This document shows positions 23,964-32,000 of a stretch of 32,000 nucleotides of DNA, one piece after another (within the stretch, counting starts at the first letter, position 1; the number at the start of each line of letters is the position of its first letter). The notes below the pieces were generated by a model. It ran no database searches. It saw only the letters and a program-made list of their open reading frames with translations, and was not told where the DNA came from. The translations under genes were made by a program, and so were the position numbers. The DNA comes from Candidatus Lokiarchaeum ossiferum (GTDB lineage: Archaea > Asgardarchaeota > Lokiarchaeia > Sigyniarchaeales > Promethearchaeaceae), in assembly GCA_025839675.1 (NCBI GenBank), contig CP104013.1:2610001-2642000 (forward strand), written 5' to 3'.

Positions 23964-25739
23964 ATGGATAAACGAAAACTGATTGGGGGAATCATTTTTC
24001 TGGTTCTGACCTTCAATTTTGGATTTGTGACAGCCCAAGAAGATCTTTCTCCTGAAGATCGGCGACCATTTATCTACGGGACCCTTAGCTTGGCAAGTAA
24101 TATAGATCCCCATTTTGCGTGGGACGGGAGTTCGATAAACTTCATTGATCAAATCTGTGAGGGTCTTTTCGCATATGATTTAGAAAGTGAAAATTTGAAT
24201 ATAGTTCCAATCCTTGCTGCAAATGCAGGGATATGGAATGAGAATTCCACAGAATATACAGTTGAATTGAAACGAGAGATAGTATTTCATGATGGAAGCC
24301 CTTTCAATGCACAAGCAGTTAAGTGGTCTTTTGATAGGTTAACTTCAATTTTAATTCAAGGTAGAACCCCATTCGCTGAATTATATAAACCACTGGCAGA
24401 AATATATCCAACGAGACCACTTTTGCTCAATGAAACACGAATTGATTCCGAATATGAAGTGACCTTTAAGCTTAATTATCCCTATATCCCTTTCCTTTCG
24501 CTTTTATGTTTTTCTGGGTCTAAAATACTCAGTTCTTTATCAACCCCTATAAATGAAAGTCTTCAAGTTAATTCAGACGTACTTATTGGTACAGGTCCAT
24601 TCATCCAACAATCTCATACCAATGAACGCACTCAATTCAAAGCAAATGAAAACTATTGGAGAGAAGTTCCAGAAATTCGCGAAATGTTCTGGATTAAATA
24701 TTCCGATCCAACCAGTTTGCAACAAAGTTTGATCGGGGGGGATGTTCATATGTCAGAAATATTAACTTCGGATTTTTATGATAAATTTGAATCAAGCGAA
24801 GAAATAGAATTATCCGAACCCATCGCTTCCGCTTCGATTTCTTTTATTGCGATGAATAATGATCTAATCTCATTACCTCTCAGGAAAGCTATAACCTACG
24901 CAGTAAACTATTCTTACATAATAAACCAAATTGGACAAGGAAGTTTTATGCAAATGACATCTATTGTCCCACCCAGTATTACCTACCACAACCCAAATGT
25001 CTTGGCACCAACAATGAATATAACCCATGCGCGAAAACTCCTCATGGATCACTTCACCAATCAATCCGATCTATTACCAGGAGAGACAATTATAGATTTT
25101 GGTGTGATTACTCCTACGAGTAGCGATGAAGATTGGAGAAATTTCGCAGAAAATACACCCATATGTGATCTAAATTACACTTACAATCTTGGATCTAAAA
25201 ACCGAGAGGATATCGGATTTCTTTTAAAGGATAACTTAAAAAGTGTAGGAATTGACCTTCAAATCACAGGAGTTACTTTTGAGCAATATTTTCTCAAAAT
25301 TACTGGAAATTTTCATGAATTAGAACTATTTATCGCTGGTTGGGGTGCAGATTATAATGATCCAAGCAATTTTATTAATCCTTTACTGAAAAATACATCA
25401 TTATCAAATGGAGCCCAGGTGAATGATCCCTATTTAGAACAATTGATGGATGCTGGATTACTTGAATCGAATTCAACACTCCGGAGGGATATATACTATG
25501 AAATTCAAGATTATATTTCCAATGATCTATTTCCATGGATTCATCTCTACTACGGAGTTGTACGCATAGCACATTCTACTTGGTTGAGTAACTATCCCAT
25601 TAATTCTTTGGGATATGTTTATTTTTATCCATGTTCTTGGCAAGCACCTGCAAAGACGATAAGCAGTTTTAATTTGCTCTTGTTTTTCACTATTAGTTTG
25701 GGAACAATTTACTTCATTGTAATTCGAAAGAGAAAGTAG
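23964..25739 (+). CDS. ABC transporter substrate-binding protein, peptide/nickel type (family 5), C-terminally membrane-anchored
   Basis: It has an N-terminal signal-like helix (LIGGIIFLVLTFNFGFVTA), the family-5 block VFHDGSPFNAQAVKWSFDRL, GWGADYNDP, and a C-terminal TM plus basic stop-transfer (FNLLLFFTISLGTIYFIVIRKRK) typical of archaeal binding proteins. Confidence 0.85.
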   Translation: MDKRKLIGGIIFLVLTFNFGFVTAQEDLSPEDRRPFIYGTLSLASNIDPHFAWDGSSINFIDQICEGLFAYDLESENLNIVPILAANAGIWNENSTEYTVELKREIVFHDGSPFNAQAVKWSFDRLTSILIQGRTPFAELYKPLAEIYPTRPLLLNETRIDSEYEVTFKLNYPYIPFLSLLCFSGSKILSSLSTPINESLQVNSDVLIGTGPFIQQSHTNERTQFKANENYWREVPEIREMFWIKYSDPTSLQQSLIGGDVHMSEILTSDFYDKFESSEEIELSEPIASASISFIAMNNDLISLPLRKAITYAVNYSYIINQIGQGSFMQMTSIVPPSITYHNPNVLAPTMNITHARKLLMDHFTNQSDLLPGETIIDFGVITPTSSDEDWRNFAENTPICDLNYTYNLGSKNREDIGFLLKDNLKSVGIDLQITGVTFEQYFLKITGNFHELELFIAGWGADYNDPSNFINPLLKNTSLSNGAQVNDPYLEQLMDAGLLESNSTLRRDIYYEIQDYISNDLFPWIHLYYGVVRIAHSTWLSNYPINSLGYVYFYPCSWQAPAKTISSFNLLLFFTISLGTIYFIVIRKRK

Positions 25740-25742
25740 AAA

Positions 25743-26777
25743 ATGTCGTTGCTTAAGTATATCTTGAATCGTTTTTTTTCCCTTATTCCGATCCTTTTTG
25801 GAGTTCTTTTCCTCTCTTTTATCCTTTCTCGGCAAATGCCCGGAAATCCATATATGTTTAGCACGGATATTGAAACATTACGAGTCACTCCAGAAGTGCT
25901 AGCACTCTATGAAGAGAAAGTTTCCGAATTGGGCTTAGACAAAAACCCGATAGAACAGTTTTTAATATATCTTAAAAAATTATTTACAGGAGATTGGGGA
26001 ATTTCAATTTCTACCAATATGGGATTTCCCGTATGGAACATACTTTATCCCGCATTTACTCGAACAATTGAATTAACTTTAATTTCCATAACGATTTCAA
26101 CATTTATTGGAATAAAAATGGGAATTTCCTCAGCAGTAAATCGGAATTCAAGAAAAGATAATAGTCTAAGAATGTTTGCTATTGTTGGGACTGCGCTACC
26201 ATCATTTTTTCTGGCAAATATCCTTCAAATAGGAGCATCTTTCACCAATTTCATCCCAGTTTCAGGATATCGTGCAAATGATGGAGCAGATCCAAAGTGG
26301 ATAACTGGCTTCCGGCTTTTTGATTCTCTGTTTTCTGGAGACTTTCTCATTTTTTTTGATACCCTATTACATTATTTTCTGCCAATCGTTTCAATGTCGA
26401 TTGGTCTTATTGCGGGATTTGCACGATATACGAGAGGGAGCATGTTAGATGTATTACACGAAAATTATCTCAGAACCGCACGGGCCAAAGGATGCACAGA
26501 AAAATCCATTTTATATAAGCATGCTTTTCGAAATGCTTTAATTCCGATTTCAACTATAATTTCACTCAGTGTGGCAAGTATGCTAACTGGTGCAGTAATT
26601 ATTGAATATGCATTTAATATCCCCGGAATTGGTTATATTAGTACGATTGCAATTCAAACTCGTGATTATTTTGTAATAAATGCAGCTGTGTTTGTATTCA
26701 CAATGATATTTCTTCTAATGAGCTTAATATCAGATATCTTTTATGCGATTATTGATCCTCGGATCCGCTTTTCATAG
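25743..26777 (+). CDS. ABC peptide-type transporter permease (DppB/OppB-like)
   Basis: The N-terminus KYILNRFFSLIPILFGVLFLSFIL...PGNP and the EAA-loop region YLRTARAKGCTEKSILYKHAFRNALIPI are typical. Confidence 0.88.
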   Translation: MSLLKYILNRFFSLIPILFGVLFLSFILSRQMPGNPYMFSTDIETLRVTPEVLALYEEKVSELGLDKNPIEQFLIYLKKLFTGDWGISISTNMGFPVWNILYPAFTRTIELTLISITISTFIGIKMGISSAVNRNSRKDNSLRMFAIVGTALPSFFLANILQIGASFTNFIPVSGYRANDGADPKWITGFRLFDSLFSGDFLIFFDTLLHYFLPIVSMSIGLIAGFARYTRGSMLDVLHENYLRTARAKGCTEKSILYKHAFRNALIPISTIISLSVASMLTGAVIIEYAFNIPGIGYISTIAIQTRDYFVINAAVFVFTMIFLLMSLISDIFYAIIDPRIRFS

Positions 26778-26807
26778 AATAAGAATTAAAAAAAAATAAC
26801 ACAGAAT

Positions 26808-28241
26808 TTACTTTTTCTTCTTCTTAGAAGATTTTTGCTGTTTTAGATTAGAATTATTTTTAATTTGCGAGGGTATTTGGGACTCTACACCTTGATAAAT
26901 CTGATATCCATTAATAGGTTCACCCAGAGTAATTTCTCCTGCGATATTGGAAGAAATTAAATCAGTAATCTCGGTTTCATTAGAATAATTGCCTAAAATC
27001 CATGCTAGTTTAGTCATAGCCACTTCAGGAAGCATATTTTGTCCAGGAATTACTCCATAGGACTGGATTTCGCGTCCATTTTCATAAACATCCATCCCAG
27101 TAAATCCCCAAAGGGTTTGCACGGTCATGATCACAGGAACTTTCGCATCTTGAGCGCGAGCCAAAGATTTAAATAAATCGGAGGGTACATGACCCAACCC
27201 AGTCCCCGCTATCACTATTCCTTTATAGTTTTTATCCAAATAATAATCTAAAAGATCAATAGGCATTCCCGGATAGGCATAAACCATGCCAACCTTTTCT
27301 TCAATATTTTTTGCGGCAGTAGTCTCAATTTGATTATTAGATCGTTTCTGATAATCGGATGTAAACATGGAAATTTGATTTTCACGGATCATTCCTAAAG
27401 GCGGTGTATCTATAGAACGGAAAGCATGACGAGCCGAAGAATGCATTTTTCTCACTCGAGTTCCTCGATGGATGAATCCATAATCATGAGCTGATGAACC
27501 CAACATGGCTACAACAACTTCTGCAATATCACTTGTCCCCGCAATTGAAGCTGCATTGATCAAATTCATTGCAGCATCGGAAGAAGGACGATCGCTGGAT
27601 CGTTGAGAACCAACGCAAACCACAGGCACTTGTAGATCCTTTAATAAAAAGGCAAGAGCTGATGAAGTATAGCTTAATGTATCTGTTCCATGAGCGACTA
27701 AAACTCCTTCGACACCAGTATTAATCTTCTTAGCAATGCTTTGAGCCAGTTGTAACCAATATTTGGGTTTCATATTTTCCGAGAAAATTTGATACACGAC
27801 TTCCGTTTCTAAATTACAGACATTCGAAAGCTCTGGAACTGCCGCATATAGTTCCGCTGGTTTAAAAGCAGGTATAACTCCCCCTGTAACATAATCCAAC
27901 CGGGATGATATTGTTCCTCCAGTTCCCATCAATACTAAATTAGGTAGTTTTTTATTGCGAGGGGGAGTAATGGGATCAAATTTTACTTCCATTTTTGGTT
28001 CTTGGCTTAATACTTCAATTTTGGTGGTTTCATCGAGGAAAATACCAATATTGTAACCATTTTTTAATTTGATTTCAACGAACCCATCCGGAGCGTATTT
28101 ATTTCGCGGTAGAATGGTACCTTCGGAAATTCCAACTTGTGTTTCAATACGAATTTTACTCCATGTTTTTGCCCCAAATTTTGAGAGAATTTTTATCGAT
28201 TTGGGTTTATATCCTTCAAATTCATCAATTATATCTGTCAT
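26808..28241 (-). CDS. gatD: Glu-tRNA(Gln) amidotransferase subunit D
   Basis: The asparaginase-like core has GTGGTI and HGTDT motifs, and the GatD-specific N-terminal domain is present. The gene is translationally coupled to gatE (TAATG overlap at 28241). The C-terminus is Lys-rich: ...NLKQQKSSKKKKK. Confidence 0.92.
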   Translation of the reverse strand: MTDIIDEFEGYKPKSIKILSKFGAKTWSKIRIETQVGISEGTILPRNKYAPDGFVEIKLKNGYNIGIFLDETTKIEVLSQEPKMEVKFDPITPPRNKKLPNLVLMGTGGTISSRLDYVTGGVIPAFKPAELYAAVPELSNVCNLETEVVYQIFSENMKPKYWLQLAQSIAKKINTGVEGVLVAHGTDTLSYTSSALAFLLKDLQVPVVCVGSQRSSDRPSSDAAMNLINAASIAGTSDIAEVVVAMLGSSAHDYGFIHRGTRVRKMHSSARHAFRSIDTPPLGMIRENQISMFTSDYQKRSNNQIETTAAKNIEEKVGMVYAYPGMPIDLLDYYLDKNYKGIVIAGTGLGHVPSDLFKSLARAQDAKVPVIMTVQTLWGFTGMDVYENGREIQSYGVIPGQNMLPEVAMTKLAWILGNYSNETEITDLISSNIAGEITLGEPINGYQIYQGVESQIPSQIKNNSNLKQQKSSKKKKK

Positions 28242-30232
28242 TAGTTTTTACCTCCCTTTTTCTGAGACTTGGAAGATTTAGTTTCTGATTTTCGTGCATT
28301 TTTTGTAGGTTTTGATGAAAAATATGGTGTCAAAGCTTGATTGAGTTTGGATGAAAGAATTTTCCCATCTACTGCACCCCGACCGACTGCTTTCATCAAA
28401 TCACCCATTAATGGTCCCATTGCACCTCGACCACGAGATGTGATCAATTCCAAATTTTTTTGAATTATTTCTTTAATAATTGAATCCAATTTTGTAAGAT
28501 CAAAAGTTGAAATACCCGCTCGATCTTTAGCCTTAGCTAAATCAAGTGCTGGATACTGTGTCCAAATTTCCAAAATAGGTTCCATAGCTTCTTTAGCCAC
28601 TTCCCCATTTTTCACTCCACTTATCAATTCAATGAAATGATGATCGGTCAAGTTCTCGATATTTTTTTGATCCCGATGAAGAACTTTTACCATATCAGTT
28701 ATAGTTCTCACAACGAGGGTTGGATTTTCGGGCATAATTGGAATCAACTTCTCAAAAACACCAAGCTTTCCGTGCATAATCAGATCTTCTACAATGGTGG
28801 GATCTAATTCATATTTTTTAGCATAAACTGGAATGATGTCCCAAGGATAGGGGCCAAGTGATTCTTTAATACGGTTAATTCGTTCTTCTGACAAAGAAAT
28901 TGCGGGAGAATCAGTATCAGGATAGAGTCGTTTCTCACCACCTAATTCCCGTAAAAACAAATGAGTGCCATCATCTTGAGCTTGACGGGTTTCTTCTGGC
29001 ACACCGATAAAAGCAGCCTTTGTCCTTCCTATAATAACATCCAAAGCAGTGTCCAAGGCTTGTCCTTTTGCGAGTAATAATATAAATAAATCGGAATCTT
29101 CAACCTGTAATTTTTTTTTAACTTGAGTTATTTCTTCTTCTGAAAATTTATATTTTCCTATTAGATCTTCATCAGAATGGATCAAACCCTTCAATCCAGT
29201 CAAAACTTTAACTTTTCCAGCCACTTCCGTGCCAAACCGAATATTTGGAAATACTTCTATACCAAAAATAGAATTAAATCCTTTGAGCTTCATCCCAGTA
29301 AACTTCAATCCTTTCTTAATTCCAGCATTCACAAACTTGCACGGAGTTTCAGTAAAGATTGAAGTAACATCTACCGGGTTACGTTCGATATCATTTACAG
29401 AAACAGAGCTTTTTGCTAAAATATTTTTAATTTCAATAAGTTTCAACTGGCGATGACATTCAAAATCGACTAATTCGGGAATCCAATCTAATTTTTGGAC
29501 ACCCTTAATTTCAATTCTTTCTCCATTTTTAATGGAAATATTAATATCTTGGCGAGTTGAACCTAAAACACGCTTTACTTTATTGGTGGAGCGAAGTAAT
29601 AAACCGATCCGATAAGCGGCATCTTTCGCTTCAAAGGGATCATGAATATCAGGCGTCGTGGTGATTTCAGTTAAAGGGATTCCTAATCGATCAATCCGAA
29701 AATACGATGTTTTTCCTTCCGTTTTTGATCGCCTAGCGGCATCCTCTTCCAGAAAAATGTTTTCAATCCCAATTTCCTTCCCATTTTGCAATAAAAGTTT
29801 TCCATTTTGACCCAATTCCATCGTCCGCTGAAATCCTCCTGGAACACTTCCATCAACATAATTTTTTCGACAGACATGCATCTCGCGAACTATCTGCATT
29901 TTGAAAAGATGGGCAATTTCGAGAACAATATCAATACATTCTGGATTGCAGGCAAAGGGTGGAGTTTCATCCAACTCATAAGTACAAGTTGAATCATAAT
30001 AACCCTCATAAACTACAGATCCTTTTTTTAAAAATTCCACAAGCATACCTTTATCAAACTTTCCTTCTTCACCCAAAACAGGTCGCTGCTTGCGAAGGAG
30101 TTCAAAATCAGGCACTCGTGTCCCTTGAAGTTGATTTGGACAATTACAAAAGAGTTTTTTAGCTGAGGCGAGTTGTTGATGAATTTCAATCCCAATTCGT
30201 AACCCTAGCTCTTCGTAATTTAAAACGTTCAT
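28241..30232 (-). CDS. gatE: Glu-tRNA(Gln) amidotransferase subunit E
   Basis: 663 aa. The GatB/E-type N-terminus is GLRIGIEIHQQL...KLFCNC. A GatE insertion domain and a YqeY-like tail are present. The gene sits next to gatD. It ends in a Lys/Ser-rich tail. Confidence 0.92.
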   Translation of the reverse strand: MNVLNYEELGLRIGIEIHQQLASAKKLFCNCPNQLQGTRVPDFELLRKQRPVLGEEGKFDKGMLVEFLKKGSVVYEGYYDSTCTYELDETPPFACNPECIDIVLEIAHLFKMQIVREMHVCRKNYVDGSVPGGFQRTMELGQNGKLLLQNGKEIGIENIFLEEDAARRSKTEGKTSYFRIDRLGIPLTEITTTPDIHDPFEAKDAAYRIGLLLRSTNKVKRVLGSTRQDINISIKNGERIEIKGVQKLDWIPELVDFECHRQLKLIEIKNILAKSSVSVNDIERNPVDVTSIFTETPCKFVNAGIKKGLKFTGMKLKGFNSIFGIEVFPNIRFGTEVAGKVKVLTGLKGLIHSDEDLIGKYKFSEEEITQVKKKLQVEDSDLFILLLAKGQALDTALDVIIGRTKAAFIGVPEETRQAQDDGTHLFLRELGGEKRLYPDTDSPAISLSEERINRIKESLGPYPWDIIPVYAKKYELDPTIVEDLIMHGKLGVFEKLIPIMPENPTLVVRTITDMVKVLHRDQKNIENLTDHHFIELISGVKNGEVAKEAMEPILEIWTQYPALDLAKAKDRAGISTFDLTKLDSIIKEIIQKNLELITSRGRGAMGPLMGDLMKAVGRGAVDGKILSSKLNQALTPYFSSKPTKNARKSETKSSKSQKKGGKN

Positions 30233-30552
30233 GACTACAAATAAAACTCGATTTTATTATTTATTTTGTGTTTTTTGAAAGGATGTCATTAAAGTCTTGC
30301 AAGTTTCATTTCTATGAAAATATGAGAAAAACTATGAGAATGAATTTTCTAAAATTAACTCACTTTGGTATTCGTTTTGTTCACTTTTTTATGACCCATG
30401 GATTTTTCATTTTGCATAAACTATGAAATTTTGGGGAAAAAGCCATCCTTTTGAATTTAAGTTCATGAAATCCCGAATATATGATCATAAGAGAGAACCA
30501 AACATTAATATACTAGATTTCATAATTTTATTTTAGTGAAAGGTGACTATTT

Positions 30553-30873
30553 ATGAGCACAAAAACAATTTCAAAACCAACAGAAACTCCTGAAGTAGAT
30601 GTCAAAGAAGAATCTGAAAAAAACGATAAAATTCTCTCAGACGCTGAAATCGAACAGAAAGTTTTCCAATATGGTGCACTAATCTCAATAGCCCTTTGGG
30701 CGTATATTTTTATAAAAGGTGGAAATGCAGTCTATTTTATCATTCCAGCAATTTGCATCTCACTAACCGTACTTGTCTTATTCGTTCGATATCGAAAAAG
30801 AAAAGCACACATGAGTTGGGTAGGAGAATCATTTCGCGAATATAAGACAGAACAATTTAGCCATCATGAGTAA
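30553..30873 (+). CDS. small hypothetical membrane protein (2 TM helices)
   Basis: 106 aa. AAAGGTGA lies about 8 nt upstream of the ATG. It has an acidic N-terminus followed by two hydrophobic helices. Confidence 0.65.
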   Translation: MSTKTISKPTETPEVDVKEESEKNDKILSDAEIEQKVFQYGALISIALWAYIFIKGGNAVYFIIPAICISLTVLVLFVRYRKRKAHMSWVGESFREYKTEQFSHHE

Positions 30874-30914
30874 TTGAGGAGTAAAATTTTTTTCATTATT
30901 CATTCTAAAATTGC

Positions 30915-31589
30915 CTAAATCAAAATATCAAAGCCATTTTGTAGCGTAATACTATGGCGAGAATAAATTTGTTCCAATAATTCATCCCCTGTAGGTAACA
31001 TTCGCTCAATAATTTGTTGATCTTCATAATCCGCCTCATTAATGATCCGATCCCGTAATGGCGCAGCCAAATATTTCTCTTGAACTAGTTTATCAATCAA
31101 TTCCTTTGTAGAATACTCATAATATTTATAAAAGGCATCAAGAGTTGTATAATGAAAATTTTTCCGCACACAATTATGAATCAAATCTTGGGCGTGTTCC
31201 GTCATCTGTGCAAGTATTTCTGGATTTTTCTCCAAATACTTAATAATAGGAATTAAAGCAAATTGATCGATTCGTTTGATCAGATGAAACTTTTTAGTTT
31301 CTAAGATCCTATTTGAAAGAAGAGCATATCGTTTTTCTACAAGACGATGTTGCCAAAATTTAAGTCGAGATCTTCCCAAGAGCATAATAGTAAATTTAAA
31401 CTCTATATCAGCATAATTTAACACCAATGACATGCATAAAATGGTCAAAATCATGGCGACAATGGCCCCTAAAAATAGACGTGCATTTGTAGTGATAACT
31501 GCAAATATCATAATTCCTAAAAAACACACTATGAAGAAACTACCCCAATAAAAGACATTAATGTTCTGTTCTTCTTCGTGATTATCCAT
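30915..31589 (-). CDS. hypothetical membrane protein (2 TM helices plus a helical cytoplasmic domain)
   Basis: 224 aa. The hydrophobic stretches are FYWGSFFIVCFLGIMIFAVI and LFLGAIVAMILTILCMSLVL. I recognise no motif. Confidence 0.65.
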   Translation of the reverse strand: MDNHEEEQNINVFYWGSFFIVCFLGIMIFAVITTNARLFLGAIVAMILTILCMSLVLNYADIEFKFTIMLLGRSRLKFWQHRLVEKRYALLSNRILETKKFHLIKRIDQFALIPIIKYLEKNPEILAQMTEHAQDLIHNCVRKNFHYTTLDAFYKYYEYSTKELIDKLVQEKYLAAPLRDRIINEADYEDQQIIERMLPTGDELLEQIYSRHSITLQNGFDILI

Positions 31590-31848
31590 TGAAAAATCTT
31601 CCTTCTAAAGAATTGAAAAACAATACGTACTTAAATCTTTTTTTAGGAATGTTTTGATTTCTACCAAGTTCATTTTTTATTGACCTTTCCTAAATATTTA
31701 TTTTCTTAAATAATCGCTTAAAAATCACTCTTTTTTGCCGATAATTGAATCTAAATTCTAATATCATAGTTTAAATCTTGATCCACAGAATCCACCAAAT
31801 TTCCAATCCCTTAGGATAAATTTATCTTTTTCAATTATGTAGATCATT

Positions 31849-32000
31849 TATGACGATCAAAATACGTTGGGGAATACTAGGGTGCGGAAAAATTGCTCAT
31901 TCATTCGCCCTTTCGATGCAAAAAGTCGAAAATGCCGAAATAGTGGCAGTTGCTTCTAGAACACCAGGAAATGCGGCAAATTTTGCAGAGCAATATCAAG
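31849..32000 (+). CDS. Gfo/Idh/MocA-family oxidoreductase, N-terminal fragment; the gene runs off the right edge
   Basis: My translation is MTIKIRWGILGCGKIAHSFALSMQKVENAEIVAVASRTPGNAANFAEQYQ. It shows the Rossmann GxGxxG-type GILGCGKIA and the family-typical (V)AVASRT...A..FA pattern. Confidence 0.75.

Noticed and set aside
30233-30552. A 320-nt intergenic region with five (C/T)(T/C)ATGA(A/G)A motifs (30312, 30322, 30332, 30421, 30463) and a 34-codon hydrophobic ORF (30322..30426, MRKTMRMNFLKLTHFGIRFVHFFMTHGFFILHKL).
   Set aside because: The motif is short and AT-rich, so I cannot distinguish it from chance without statistics. The mini-ORF has no SD or TATA support. It is worth only a passing look in transcriptome data.

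Overview
This is a very AT-rich window (roughly 30% G+C by eye, not computed) and it is almost certainly archaeal. It carries the archaea-specific gatE-gatD pair, an Elf1-type zinc ribbon, oligo-T runs after stop codons, TATA-like boxes about 25 nt upstream of some starts, and GGTG/AGGAG ribosome-binding sites. An LSm-like protein, an Elf1 homolog with eukaryote-like tails, a eukaryote-type PPP phosphatase and a polyproline protein together suggest an Asgard (Lokiarchaeia-like) genome. That assignment is inference only.

Recognisable genes:
- truncated DNA methyltransferase
- LSm-like protein
- galK
- YciI-like protein
- ABC-2 exporter pair plus a SAM methyltransferase
- divergent ArsR-type regulator followed by a DsrE-like/TusA-like pair
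- PPP phosphatase
- Elf1
- peptide-type ABC substrate-binding protein plus one permease
- gatE-gatD
- truncated Gfo/Idh/MocA oxidoreductase

I saw no rRNA, tRNA, CRISPR array, integrase or transposase.

Two regions look new:
1. An eight-gene, translationally coupled minus-strand operon (2275-11300). It is built around a classic-clade AAA+ ATPase that has no N-terminal domain. Its seven partners match nothing I recognise. They include a duplicated zinc-ribbon/Trp-rich module, two distant paralogs, an HExxH-bearing protein, a long coiled-coil protein, a tandem winged-helix-like protein, and proteins with strongly acidic or basic tails.
2. A plus-strand cluster (18799-23594). It opens with a coiled-coil, polyproline, amphipathic-helix, hexa-Asp protein whose C-terminal layout resembles a WASP-type PRD-V/C-A module. 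Two tandem copies of a pair of membrane-anchored hexapeptide-repeat (LbH) proteins follow, and one member of each pair has a conserved Lys/Arg/Glu-rich coiled-coil tail.

All functional proposals for these two regions are hypotheses. They need profile, structure and neighbourhood searches that I cannot run here.
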